Below are positions 41,060 to 51,284 of a stretch of 64,000 nucleotides of DNA, one piece after another. The position numbers and the translations under genes were made by a program. Source of the stretch: a virus (Duplodnaviria > Heunggongvirae > Uroviricota > Caudoviricetes). Within the stretch, counting starts at the first letter, position 1; each line of letters opens with the position of its first letter. The stretch lies in the IMG/VR virus record IMGVR_UViG_3300010885_065725. One strand, given 5' to 3'. Under the pieces are notes generated by a model that did not search any database, was not told the origin of the DNA, and saw only the letters and a list, made by a program, of their open reading frames with translations.

Positions 41060-42607
41060 TTAACTCAAGTTTAATACTTTAACTTTACGGAAATATACGT
41101 TAGAGTTTACAGCACCTACACCAGAAGTAATCACAGCAGCATTACCAGATGCAAATGGGTTTGCTACCATACCATAACGAGTTTTGAAACCAATTTTTGG
41201 TTGGAAAGTACCAGGATCAACTGCACGAACCATTTGTAAAGGAACATATGGGCAGTAGAACAAACCAGCATCATATGCAGAAGTACCTTTATAACCCATC
41301 ACATAGAATTGTGATGCAGCACCAGCATTTGCAGAATATGGATCAACATAAACTTTGATGCGACCATTTAGCATACCAGCAAAGGTAGAATTGGCTTCAT
41401 CAATATCAAGACCATTATTACTATTAAGAGCAGGAGCATAATCCAATTTACCACTCATTGCAAGAGCAGATGCAACGTCAGAAGAACAAATAATAAAGTT
41501 ACCTTTACCTCTACGAGTAGTTTGCGCAATATCATTGGCATCACGTTCGATTTGGAACAACATACCTTTGAATTTTTCTGCAGACCAACGACCATTTGAA
41601 TCGATATCTAAATCAAAAGTACCTGCAGTAGTAACAACACCAGCTCTTGCGCCAGGAAGAGCAGTAGTATAGATAGTACGCAATACTTCACGATTGATTT
41701 CTGCAAGAACTTCTTGTGAAAGGATATTAGATAATTCAGATTCTGCATCCAGACCATGAACTGCCTTAAGATCTTGTGCAAGTTCCAAAGAATACTCAGC
41801 TTTTAATGCACGAGTAACAGCAGTAACAGTAGTCTTCTCGATAGAGAATGCCATTTGTGGGAAAGCAGTAGCACCACCAAAATCTTCACCAGTAATAGTA
41901 GAAACTGCAGTACCATAACTATATGCAAAAATACCTGCTGAATTTGCATCAGAAACAGCAATTGCTGCACCACCAGTACCATCAAGACCAGTAATAGTTA
42001 CACCAGTACTAGCAGCAGTATGAGCAGAAACTTTTGCAAAAGGAACGCCAGAACTATTAAAAAGAATTGCTCCAACTAAACTTACTGCATAAGCTGCAGA
42101 AAGAGTAATAGATGTTGCAGCAGCAGTAATACCAGCACTTGCATTGCCTAAAGGAGCAGGATCTGCAGGGTTAGTACCAATTTGAGCAAGACCAGTACCA
42201 CTGAAAGCAGAATTTGCTTCGTTGAATAATGCTTCTGTACCATTTTGAGTAGAATATTTTGATTTCATTGCAAAAATCAAACCAGTAGGCATTTGCATTG
42301 GTTGTACACCACAAATGTCATATGCAATCAATTGTGGCATAGATCTACGTACTAATGAAATTAATACGGGGTCCCATTTTGCAACACCGTCAGCATTAGG
42401 CATAAATGTTCCACCTTGACCAATACCATTGGCAGGTGCAGTTTCAAACAATGCATTACTTTCTTCACGCATTGCTTTTTCTTGATTTTCTAACATAATG
42501 GCAGTAACTGCTCTACGATGTTTGTCAGCAAGTTTTGGCATGTTTGGGTGATCAAGTACTGCAGACCATTTTTGGTCAAGACCGTTTTCTTCAGTTAAGT
42601 AAGCCAT
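41060..42607 (-). CDS. 23: major capsid protein (gp23 family)
   Basis: VRRSMPQLIAYDICGVQPMQMPTGLIFAMK matches T4 gp23 VRRAIPNLIAFDICGVQPMNSPTGQVFAL. LKAEYSLELAQDLKAVHGLDAESELS matches LKAAYSIELAQDLRAVHGMDADAELS. 515 aa vs 521 aa. Confidence 0.9.
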   Translation of the reverse strand: MAYLTEENGLDQKWSAVLDHPNMPKLADKHRRAVTAIMLENQEKAMREESNALFETAPANGIGQGGTFMPNADGVAKWDPVLISLVRRSMPQLIAYDICGVQPMQMPTGLIFAMKSKYSTQNGTEALFNEANSAFSGTGLAQIGTNPADPAPLGNASAGITAAATSITLSAAYAVSLVGAILFNSSGVPFAKVSAHTAASTGVTITGLDGTGGAAIAVSDANSAGIFAYSYGTAVSTITGEDFGGATAFPQMAFSIEKTTVTAVTRALKAEYSLELAQDLKAVHGLDAESELSNILSQEVLAEINREVLRTIYTTALPGARAGVVTTAGTFDLDIDSNGRWSAEKFKGMLFQIERDANDIAQTTRRGKGNFIICSSDVASALAMSGKLDYAPALNSNNGLDIDEANSTFAGMLNGRIKVYVDPYSANAGAASQFYVMGYKGTSAYDAGLFYCPYVPLQMVRAVDPGTFQPKIGFKTRYGMVANPFASGNAAVITSGVGAVNSNVYFRKVKVLNLS

Positions 42608-42712
42608 GTTTTTATTTACCTTTAATAGTTAAAATTTTTCTAATTATTAGGACATAAATTATATTTATGTCCACATCTATAATATTTATATAAATTTATT
42701 TTTTACAATAAA

Positions 42713-43456
42713 TTAAAGTTTTGAAATTGCATCCATATAATGTTTCATATATGCTGGAACTTCTACAACTTTACCATTTTCGTTGATACCAACTTCTTCT
42801 GCTAATACATTTAGTTTGGCAGTTGTTTTAGGAAAATAGTTTTCTTTGATAGTAACAACATTTTCTTTGTATAATTCTTCTGATTCAAAAGAAATATGTT
42901 CTACCAAAGATTTTAATTTTTCGCTGTCTATTGCAGTCAAACCTTTTGCTTCTTCTGCAACAATAGATAACTTAACAAGATCAGAAACTTTCTTATGAAG
43001 ACCAATATTTTTTTCTAATTGTTCATTCAATTGTTCTTCAAGAGTTTCTACCTTTACTTCCATCTCACCGAGAACATCATATTTTTCTTCTGGAACATCG
43101 ATATAAGATTCTTGGAAAAGATTTTTCATGCCAGAGATGAAATTTTCTGTAATTTCATTTTTGATACCAGTTTCTAGTTGTAGTTTGTTTTCTTCTACCC
43201 ACTCAGAAATAGCATAGTTTAAAAAAGAATCGATTTTTTCGGTCAATTCTGTTTTTGCTTCTTCCAGAGAATCTTCGAATTTTTGTTCGAATTCTTCTGA
43301 GATAATAGCAACTTTATCAGAAACTTTTACAGCAACAACAGTTTCAAAAATAACTTTTAATTTATCTTTAAAATCTTCTGTTAAATCTGTTCCTTCAAAC
43401 AAATTGCCGAAATCTACTGATTCCTCAATTTTTTCTACTTTTTCATCTTCTTGCAT
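42713..43456 (-). CDS. 22: prohead core scaffold protein (gp22-like)
   Basis: Highly acidic coiled-coil protein between the protease and major capsid genes. T4 late promoter motif TATAAATA on the minus strand at about 43495-43502 upstream. Confidence 0.55.
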   Translation of the reverse strand: MQEDEKVEKIEESVDFGNLFEGTDLTEDFKDKLKVIFETVVAVKVSDKVAIISEEFEQKFEDSLEEAKTELTEKIDSFLNYAISEWVEENKLQLETGIKNEITENFISGMKNLFQESYIDVPEEKYDVLGEMEVKVETLEEQLNEQLEKNIGLHKKVSDLVKLSIVAEEAKGLTAIDSEKLKSLVEHISFESEELYKENVVTIKENYFPKTTAKLNVLAEEVGINENGKVVEVPAYMKHYMDAISKL

Positions 43457-43514
43457 TTATATTACTCCAATAAATTTTTATATATATTAATGTTATTTAT
43501 ATGTTTTTATATTT

Positions 43515-44168
43515 CTATAATCTATTAATAAAAGCATTGAACCTTGCTTCTATCAAATTTTGCATTTCTTTTGCAGATGCCTTGCGTATGGCAGTCTTTG
43601 TTTCTTCATGAAATTGTTCTACCCATTCGCCATCTACCTGTACCCATTCTTTATTTTCCATTACAGAATTAACGAATGCAGCAGGAGCAGAAGGATCAGA
43701 AACAATATCGATAGTTCTAAGAGAAAAATCTGATTGCACTTCATTTAGACCATCGTCTCTCTTCTTTAGACTTCCCAGTGCACGACTAGAGACTCCGAAT
43801 TTTACTCCTTCGTCCATCAGTGCTTTCACAATTTTACCGCATGGAGTATTCAGAACTTTTGCTTTTCCGTATACGTCTGTTCCTTCCATTTTTAGTTCGG
43901 TAATTAAATGACTCGCTTCTCTTGGATCAACAGAGACTCTATTCAATGGATGGTTTAATTCTCCCATTGCTCTATTTTCTAAAATATATTCTTTATTATA
44001 TTTGTTTACTTCTCTTTCCATTATATCTGTAGGGTATATCCTTCCATTTCTATTTCCTACTGCAGACTGCATGAATACACCAGAAATAGAATATTTCTTT
44101 GCTCCACCTTCTGCAGCTTCCAAAATAGAATCTACTGATTCAAATAGTTCAGTGAGTAACTTTGCCAT
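43515..44168 (-). CDS. 21: prohead core protease (gp21 family)
   Basis: ELNHP and SSRALGSL match T4 gp21 ELNHP..SSRGLGSL. 217 aa vs 212 aa. Confidence 0.75.
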   Translation of the reverse strand: MAKLLTELFESVDSILEAAEGGAKKYSISGVFMQSAVGNRNGRIYPTDIMEREVNKYNKEYILENRAMGELNHPLNRVSVDPREASHLITELKMEGTDVYGKAKVLNTPCGKIVKALMDEGVKFGVSSRALGSLKKRDDGLNEVQSDFSLRTIDIVSDPSAPAAFVNSVMENKEWVQVDGEWVEQFHEETKTAIRKASAKEMQNLIEARFNAFINRL

Positions 44169-44650
44169 TAGGATACTTCTCCATTTGTATCAGATTTTAC
44201 TACAGTAATTTTTTTAGAAGGATCTTTACGCAACATAGATTTCATGATATTATTCGCATGATCTTCTGAATCAAATGTTTTCCATTTTTTTCCATTGATA
44301 TGAACTTCATGTGGATGTTGTTGTGCAGTCGCATAATTATTTGCTGCTCTCTTGTATGCAACAGATTTACCTTTGAATCTAGGATCTTCGTCATCTGCTT
44401 CGTCATGTCCAATATAGTCTTCTTTTTCTTTTTGAGAAAAAGAACTGCCGAAACCACCGACACCATATTTGACTGTTGGTGCACCGACAGTCCATTTTCG
44501 TGCTTCCTCTATTGAAGTGTCAGGATCAGAAGAAGAAACAATTTCTGTTACTTCATATGTCATCATAGATAATTCTAAATCTTCTACTAAATGTTTATAT
44601 GTTTTCATATTATTAGAAATTCCAAGGTAGTGCATTATGGGCTTGTGCAA
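44168..44650 (-). CDS. prohead core/internal protein with capsid-targeting sequence (gp67/68-position)
   Basis: Contains MKTYKHLVEDLE (T4 capsid-targeting-like) 15 residues in; an alternative start is at that Met (plus coordinate 44608). Sits between the portal-proximal gene and the protease, as gp67/gp68 do in T4. Confidence 0.4.
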   Translation of the reverse strand: MHKPIMHYLGISNNMKTYKHLVEDLELSMMTYEVTEIVSSSDPDTSIEEARKWTVGAPTVKYGVGGFGSSFSQKEKEDYIGHDEADDEDPRFKGKSVAYKRAANNYATAQQHPHEVHINGKKWKTFDSEDHANNIMKSMLRKDPSKKITVVKSDTNGEVS

Positions 44651-46097
44651 CTTTTTTTGCGTGTGCCTTATTGTCTACGGGAAGAGTAATTCCACCTACA
44701 GGTTGTCTAGAATCAGTAATTTGTACTTTATATCCTTTTACTTTTGTGCCAAAATAGTGTGCAAATTTTTCTGGAGATTCTTCTTCTAATGATTCTTTTA
44801 TAAATTGTTTTGCAGTACCATGAGCATCATCTTTATCTGAAGTATGATAATCACCATCACTCAAATGTTTGCCATTTTTAAAATGTTTTACACGATATTC
44901 GTCCCAATCTGAATCCTTATATACTTTTGCAGTTTTTGTTCCACAATCGCTATGATGAGTACCGACCAGTTTCATACCTTCTTCTAATGCTTCAGAAGTA
45001 CTTTCACATGATGATTTTTCATTGAACAACCCTTGTGCGATTTGTTGTTTCATTCCTTCTAATGTTTCTGCAACTTTTGCAGAAAGAACTGTCTGCAATT
45101 GATCTTTTGCTGCAATTAGATCATCTGTTGCAATCGAATCAAATAAATCTTCTGTAATATTTTCCACGGTAAGAGCCTTGTTTTTAGGTAAATTTAATCC
45201 CATAATATGGGCATTATTGAATGAAGGAGCAATTCTTTTTCTTGGTGCATTTGCTGCTGCTCTTTTTGCCATGATATCTGATGCAGTTTGTTTCATACCA
45301 GAAATGGCAGAAGAAAATTTTGCAGATGCTCTATCAAGAAAAGAAGGTTTACTGTCCGGTAAATGTTTTGCGATCAGATCAGAATGTTTATCAGAACCAG
45401 CATCTTTTAATGCTCTCAGATGATTGATAGCAGCTTCTTTTACTCCTGCAGAACCAGACTCAAGTGAATGAGAAAGTTGAGTCTTATTTGCAAGACCATG
45501 TTGCAACACAAATTTCTTATCTTCTTCGCTTCCGTGTGCAAATATTGCATGTTTATGATCTGCAGTAATACTTTTCTTTGCATCTGCAATAGTATCAGGA
45601 GTACCCATTCTTACTGCTGCTCTAAGTGTCCCTACAGAGTTGACATTCTTATGAAAATTCTTATCTAATTGATTTGTAGATTTTTTCTGAGAAGCAATAT
45701 GAGAAGATACATCATCCAACGAATTATCATCTAAATGTCCAGAAAATAATAATGCATGTCTTGCATAGTCATCATGAAACTTATCATTTGTTCCTGCACC
45801 ATGTTTCATAATACTTGATGCAACATCAGGAGAAATAGATTTATTATGAAAAGTATGGAGATAATTGTGCATTGCCTCATATGATTTTTTACTTTTCAAT
45901 GCTTCTTGTAGAGTCTGACCTTCTTCTTCTTCATCTTCTACAGATTCTCTTTGCTTCGCATAATATGCTGCAAGTGCCATTTCTTTTCTTTTTGATTTAG
46001 ATTTTCCTTCAAATCTTGGATCATCAGATTTTATAAAATCATCAATAAAATCTTTTGCAGATGCAGAATCATCTAATATTTCTTGTATTTGTGTCAT
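44613..46097 (-). CDS. hypothetical head-module protein
   Basis: 494-aa hydrophilic ORF between portal and prohead core genes. TAATG stop/start coupling with the downstream gene. Confidence 0.3.
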   Translation of the reverse strand: MTQIQEILDDSASAKDFIDDFIKSDDPRFEGKSKSKRKEMALAAYYAKQRESVEDEEEEGQTLQEALKSKKSYEAMHNYLHTFHNKSISPDVASSIMKHGAGTNDKFHDDYARHALLFSGHLDDNSLDDVSSHIASQKKSTNQLDKNFHKNVNSVGTLRAAVRMGTPDTIADAKKSITADHKHAIFAHGSEEDKKFVLQHGLANKTQLSHSLESGSAGVKEAAINHLRALKDAGSDKHSDLIAKHLPDSKPSFLDRASAKFSSAISGMKQTASDIMAKRAAANAPRKRIAPSFNNAHIMGLNLPKNKALTVENITEDLFDSIATDDLIAAKDQLQTVLSAKVAETLEGMKQQIAQGLFNEKSSCESTSEALEEGMKLVGTHHSDCGTKTAKVYKDSDWDEYRVKHFKNGKHLSDGDYHTSDKDDAHGTAKQFIKESLEEESPEKFAHYFGTKVKGYKVQITDSRQPVGGITLPVDNKAHAKKVAQAHNALPWNF

Positions 46098-46141
46098 AAT
46101 ATTTTTATATTCCTGTACGAATTATGTATTAATAGTATTAT

Positions 46142-48052
46142 TTATAATTTTATAATATCTGCGATAACTATCCCATTAGAAGAAATAGCGACAACTTCAT
46201 CTATTTTCATCGTAGAAAGAAAGATATCTAAATTATTTGATAATTTAGAAAAAGGAAATTCTTCTATATTTTCATAATTTTCTTTGATATTATGCCCAGT
46301 TATTTTTGCAATAGTTTTTCCACCTTTAGTAACAGTAATTGCCTTTCCTTTTTGTACTGCAGCCATTACCTTAGAAAAAGAATGTTCTGTATCTGCAAGA
46401 TTCATTACTGAACTGATTCCACTTGCATCAGTAATTCCACCACCTGCACCTCCACCTGCCGCATCATCTTGACCATCTGCAGATCCATCATCTCCACCAC
46501 CATCTGCATCAGGTTGTGGCGGATAATAAATTGGATTACTAAATTCTTGCATTATCAATGCATTTTGTTCGTCAACTTCTTCGTCTGTCTGTTTGAATAT
46601 ATTTTTACGTACATAGTCATGAGAAAAATATTTACCGATATAGGGTTCTATTGCAGAAGCAGAAGCAATCCTTTCATTCAATATTTCGTTTATTTTTAAT
46701 TCTTCAAAATAATTATCTTGTGCATATACAACAACAATATCATTTTTCAATATTTCCCAGTCTTGTAATGCAATGATACCTTTCAGAATCAATTGTCTTT
46801 TCAATGTCTCAAGAAATAAATACGAAAATCTTTTCTGAAGTCTGTACACAAATTTCATGAAATTTATTTCGTCTCTAGAAATTTCACTACTTCTTCCAAG
46901 ATTGAATCCTGTCTGTGAAATTAATCTTGAGAGAGGAACATTCAATGCATAATATAATTTTGTTTTGAAATAATCTACATCGATCATATCAGTAAAAGAT
47001 GGATTTGCTCCAGGAAGAGTATCTATCTTTGTTCCTGAATTACCGCCACGAGTAGGCATCCAGAAATCTTCTAGCATACTCATGAATTTTTTGTTGTCTC
47101 TTACTTCACCAGTAGTTCCGTCATATACAATTTTATTGCGATATTTGTTCATCACATCTTGTACATGAGATTCTGCTTTCAATTTTGGAAGATTACCGAC
47201 ATCAATATAGAAAATTCTGCGTTCTGGTGCCCTTGCCAGCTTGTATATCACAACCGCATCTTCTAACATTCTCAATTGATTTGCAGGGCGTATTGCCTTG
47301 TGCAGATGACTCAATGTTTGTTTAGAAGATTCATCCATTAATCCTGATGTGACATATACAATACTGTCCGGATTGAATTTTATTGCTTTGCCATTGGCAG
47401 ATGCTTGGTTTTGGTTTTGATTTGGAGAATGAAAAGCATTTTCTGAATACAAAAAATATTCTTCTATAGAAGAAACAATATCTACTCCATCGGAGTTCTT
47501 TTGCTTATTGATTTGTCGAACTTTCTTAATCTTTGGTGCATCGATCTGACGCATTTCAAGAATACCATCTTGAGGATTTTTTTCGTCTACTACAATATTA
47601 TAATATAATCTTCCATCAATATACCATTTCTTAAATATTGCATATGATTTTTCTGCAAAATTAAGTAATTCCATTACCTTTTTGAATTCTTGTAGAATAT
47701 TCATTTTGATAGATTTGGATACCTGTAGATTATCCAAATTTAATGATACAGGATATATATCTCCATCATCATATACCAATGCCTCATTTATGATATTATC
47801 AATCGCAACATCAATTTCTGTGAACATCGAAAGATTTCGATATCTAGTGATAAGATCTTGATCAGAAGTATTCTGAGTACCAAGATCAACATATGTAGAT
47901 CCAAAATATGAAGATACTCCGGATACAGTCGATGCACCATCATCAGAAATTGGAGATATTGGCGATGGTGCCTCTACTTTTGTAGATCCACCGAGATCTA
48001 CTCCATAATTCCCATTTGGTTTTTTTCTTAATGCTCTATTATTTCTTGCCAT
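46142..48052 (-). CDS. 20: portal vertex protein (gp20 family) with C-terminal extension domain
   Basis: HLHKAIRPANQLRMLEDAVVIYKLARAPERRIFYIDVGNLP and TLPGANPSFTDM..ALNVPLSRL align with T4 gp20. 636 aa vs 524 aa. The extra part is a Gly/Asp linker (GGGDDGSADGQDDAAGGGAGGG) plus an about 100-aa domain. Confidence 0.85.
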   Translation of the reverse strand: MARNNRALRKKPNGNYGVDLGGSTKVEAPSPISPISDDGASTVSGVSSYFGSTYVDLGTQNTSDQDLITRYRNLSMFTEIDVAIDNIINEALVYDDGDIYPVSLNLDNLQVSKSIKMNILQEFKKVMELLNFAEKSYAIFKKWYIDGRLYYNIVVDEKNPQDGILEMRQIDAPKIKKVRQINKQKNSDGVDIVSSIEEYFLYSENAFHSPNQNQNQASANGKAIKFNPDSIVYVTSGLMDESSKQTLSHLHKAIRPANQLRMLEDAVVIYKLARAPERRIFYIDVGNLPKLKAESHVQDVMNKYRNKIVYDGTTGEVRDNKKFMSMLEDFWMPTRGGNSGTKIDTLPGANPSFTDMIDVDYFKTKLYYALNVPLSRLISQTGFNLGRSSEISRDEINFMKFVYRLQKRFSYLFLETLKRQLILKGIIALQDWEILKNDIVVVYAQDNYFEELKINEILNERIASASAIEPYIGKYFSHDYVRKNIFKQTDEEVDEQNALIMQEFSNPIYYPPQPDADGGGDDGSADGQDDAAGGGAGGGITDASGISSVMNLADTEHSFSKVMAAVQKGKAITVTKGGKTIAKITGHNIKENYENIEEFPFSKLSNNLDIFLSTMKIDEVVAISSNGIVIADIIKL

Positions 48053-48110
48053 AATTCCACATAATATTAATTGTTATATATATTATGTATTTATATAGAT
48101 TTCATAATAT

Positions 48111-48150
48111 AATAAAAAAGAAAGCCATACTATGTAGCATGGCTTTTTTA
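48111..48150. terminator. terminator hairpin after the tail tube gene
   Basis: AAAGCCATAC-tatgt-AGCATGGCTTT stem-loop with flanking A-run and T-run. On the minus strand it follows gp19 and precedes a TATAAATA motif (plus 48090-48097) upstream of the portal gene. Confidence 0.55.
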
Positions 48151-48172
48151 GTTGACCAAAAAAAAATAATTA

Positions 48173-48772
48173 TTATATTATTGGAAAATTTCCTACTGGA
48201 GTAGAAATACCTATTCCTAATCCACCAGTACCTGTAGTGTTAGAAGTCCAAAATTGGTATGCGAAAGTAACATTAAAACTTTCTATTGTGTTATTATTAT
48301 TAAAATCTAGTGCAATTGCAGAAACATCCACAGGAAAAGCATCAACAAATTTATATGATTTTACAATTTCATTATTTCTGTCATACTGGTTTACACCCAT
48401 ATCTGATTGATATTTTGCAGGATTTGTTTGTCCAGTATTATCTTGGTTTCTATTCATATATTCCATCCATGCTTCGAATGCATTACGAATAGAAAAGTCA
48501 GTATCGTTATATATAGAAATTGTCCATGGAGCAAAAGTTCTTTCTCCTGCAAGGAAAACAGATCTTCCTCTATATGGGACGTTGGTTGCATCAATTCTTG
48601 ATTCTGGTAATGATGCTGCATAACACATGAATTGCGCTTTTAAAGGTGCAATTGCTGTGAATCCAGATGTTACTGCCGTAGGAAAAGAAAGATCAACAGA
48701 AAATTGATTAGGTCTTGCTCCTCCTCCTTGTAAATTTGCCTTAAATGCACTTATACTAGCTATTGTTGCCAT
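48173..48772 (-). CDS. 19: tail tube protein (gp19 family)
   Basis: RPNQFSVDLSF..FMCYAASLPE..ERTFAPWTISIYND follows the T4 gp19 pattern RPNLFQVEISY..FQCKATALPA..DRTFDDWTVTVMND. Confidence 0.75.
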   Translation of the reverse strand: MATIASISAFKANLQGGGARPNQFSVDLSFPTAVTSGFTAIAPLKAQFMCYAASLPESRIDATNVPYRGRSVFLAGERTFAPWTISIYNDTDFSIRNAFEAWMEYMNRNQDNTGQTNPAKYQSDMGVNQYDRNNEIVKSYKFVDAFPVDVSAIALDFNNNNTIESFNVTFAYQFWTSNTTGTGGLGIGISTPVGNFPII

Positions 48773-48866
48773 TGTTTTTCCTTATTAGATATTTAGGTAT
48801 ATTTCTTATTTATTAAATGATAAAATAGATGGTCAATATTTATATTGACCATCAAAATATTATTTT

Positions 48867-51206
48867 TTATGCTCCAGCTTCTGAAAAAGATATTCCAGAA
48901 CGAGTAGAAATAAAATTAAGAGTAATATATCTAATAGAATGGTTTGGTTTAATATATATAGAGGCAACAAAATTATTACTATCTATAACATCAGGAGTAT
49001 TATTTGTTTCGTCACATATTACCATAAAATCTGTAATACCACGTCTTCCTTTCACATCACGTAAGAAAGGTTCTACCATTGCTTTAAATTGATTACGAGT
49101 AAATGCATCATTATATTCAAATAATTTAAATTTTGATGCTGTCGCAATAGATTTCTCTAATACAATAAATAATCTTCTTATTCCAATAGCATCAAATGAT
49201 GTTGAATTTCCTATTGCAGTTTTATCTCCAAATAATATAGTTCCTTGACCAGGAAAACTTACAATTGGATTTATTCTTGCTTGAAATAAAGCATCTCTAT
49301 TTTGTTGTGAAGGATTAAATGCCAATTTAGCAACATTTTTAATTTGTCCTCTAGTATATCCTGCAGGAGACCACCATGCATCATGTGTATAATCACAACG
49401 TGCACATAATCCTGCAATATCACCATTCAATGGGACATATCGATATATATCACTATATCTATCATATTGATATTTATAGCCACTATCTATTACACCATAA
49501 GAAGATGACATAATACTATTGGCATAAGTAATCATATCATTTTGTTGTTGTATATTTTTACCAACAATTGGAGTACCATTTACAAGTTGTGGAGAAACAA
49601 ATGCGATAGCATCTTTTTTATTTTCTGCAAGAGAAATAACATAATTTGCTAAAGTTGCACTAGATTCTCCTACTGGTATTAATGCAATATCATATGTCTC
49701 TGCGTTCGCATATAAATCATATGCCATCATGATATCGCCATCAGTAGATTTTATTCCATTACTTCCAGAAGTCAAATTATAATCCTGACTAGTAACAGCA
49801 AGACTATCAAAAATAATTCCAGATGACGCATATGTTGCCCAATTATTTATTCCTATAGGTAAATTATTTGCATATATATAATTAGAATTTTTCGCTAAAA
49901 CAGTTTTATAATAATTTGATGTTCCATTTGGACTTATTGCATTTGAAGCTTTAGAAACAGATTCGTATTTTTCTAATATTGTACCAACAGTACCACTAAA
50001 TAGACCATGTGTATCAATAACTACTATATGAAGTTCATCATTTGTAGCCTTTAATCCAGCAGCAAATTGTGAAGTACCAGGAGTATGTTGAAATAAATTT
50101 TTATATTTCCATTGTGTTTTATATCCTGTGCCATTATAGTGTACTTTTGCTACTTCTTGTAAAGTTACCGTAGTTCCTGCTGATTGGACAATACCGATAA
50201 TTATATTATTTTCAGTCAAGATAACATCACCAAAAACGGCAGTTGCACCAAAATTTGCATTTGTGCCATATACTTGTTTAGAACTTACTTTCCCCACATT
50301 TGATGTAGCATCATTTCCACCTCTAGATGCTTGAAATTGTAATTCAGTTATTCCACTATTAGAAACTGTATAAGTTCCATTAAATATATCAGAATCTGTA
50401 ACAATAATTAGTTGCCCAATAGATAAATTATGTGTTCCTTTTGTTGTAAAAGTAATTACATTATTTGTTCTAGTAGCAAGTAAAATTTCTACATTAGATG
50501 TACTTTTTACACTAGTGGTAGCTGGACCACTAGTGTAATTAAAATTTGTTTTATCACAAATACTTACTGAAATAGAATTTCCAAATTCTCCAGGATATTT
50601 AGCTATAAATTTTCCGTTTATATAATTACCAATTTTTAATGTATAATCTTCGTAATTATTGATAATATTTCTAGCTACTGAAATAAATGGTTGAAGTAAT
50701 CCAGTATATATGCTATAATCTGATAATGTTGCAGTTGGGTTAGTGCCAGCAGTAACGCTAACTACTTGCCCAAGAACTTTATCAGTATCTATTATTATAT
50801 AATATCCTATAAGAGAAGCATCTACGCCACCACTAATAACTTTACTTCCTGCAGTATATGTTATAGTTGCTGCACCTGAAATTAATGCCTGACTCCAAAG
50901 TGGATCACCATCGCTATTATCAAAAGAATTAAATGCATATCTTGCAGGTGCTCTTGTTACCAATAAATTGTTTGCATATGAAAGAAAGTTTGATGCAGTA
51001 AAAAAAGATTTATATGTTCTGTCATTTGGTTTGCCAAATAATTGAACTAATTCATTTTCGCTTGTTACCAATTGTGGAGAAAGAACTTCGCCCCATTCAA
51101 AATATCCAGCAGTACCTGCAGGAGAAGTTGCAATACTTGGGATTATATCTGATAAATCTTGTTCTTTTACTATAACGCCTGGTGAAACTAAAAAGCTACC
51201 ACTCAT
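48867..51206 (-). CDS. 18: tail sheath protein (gp18 family)
   Basis: YKYQYDRYSDIYRYVPLNGDIAGLCARCD..SPAGYTRGQIKNV..GDKTA..IRRLF..LFEYNDAFTR..CDETNNTPDVIDSNNFVASIYIKP..YITLNF align with the T4 gp18 C-terminal region. Minus-strand TATAAATA at about 51258-51265. Confidence 0.9.
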   Translation of the reverse strand: MSGSFLVSPGVIVKEQDLSDIIPSIATSPAGTAGYFEWGEVLSPQLVTSENELVQLFGKPNDRTYKSFFTASNFLSYANNLLVTRAPARYAFNSFDNSDGDPLWSQALISGAATITYTAGSKVISGGVDASLIGYYIIIDTDKVLGQVVSVTAGTNPTATLSDYSIYTGLLQPFISVARNIINNYEDYTLKIGNYINGKFIAKYPGEFGNSISVSICDKTNFNYTSGPATTSVKSTSNVEILLATRTNNVITFTTKGTHNLSIGQLIIVTDSDIFNGTYTVSNSGITELQFQASRGGNDATSNVGKVSSKQVYGTNANFGATAVFGDVILTENNIIIGIVQSAGTTVTLQEVAKVHYNGTGYKTQWKYKNLFQHTPGTSQFAAGLKATNDELHIVVIDTHGLFSGTVGTILEKYESVSKASNAISPNGTSNYYKTVLAKNSNYIYANNLPIGINNWATYASSGIIFDSLAVTSQDYNLTSGSNGIKSTDGDIMMAYDLYANAETYDIALIPVGESSATLANYVISLAENKKDAIAFVSPQLVNGTPIVGKNIQQQNDMITYANSIMSSSYGVIDSGYKYQYDRYSDIYRYVPLNGDIAGLCARCDYTHDAWWSPAGYTRGQIKNVAKLAFNPSQQNRDALFQARINPIVSFPGQGTILFGDKTAIGNSTSFDAIGIRRLFIVLEKSIATASKFKLFEYNDAFTRNQFKAMVEPFLRDVKGRRGITDFMVICDETNNTPDVIDSNNFVASIYIKPNHSIRYITLNFISTRSGISFSEAGA

Positions 51207-51284
51207 ATTAATACCTCTTATAAATATATATGTTATTAAAAATTTTGTATAATTATATTTATATAATACTGTTTTTTTGTATAT

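Noticed and set aside
41803-41985. 60-aa Leu/Gln-rich ORF inside the gp23 region, plus similar small antisense or out-of-frame ORFs (518..730, 54064..54252, 46284..46472, 52487..52750, 48310..48601)
   Set aside because: All are embedded within long, homology-supported genes on the other strand or in another frame. Their low-complexity translations are typical of non-coding frames.
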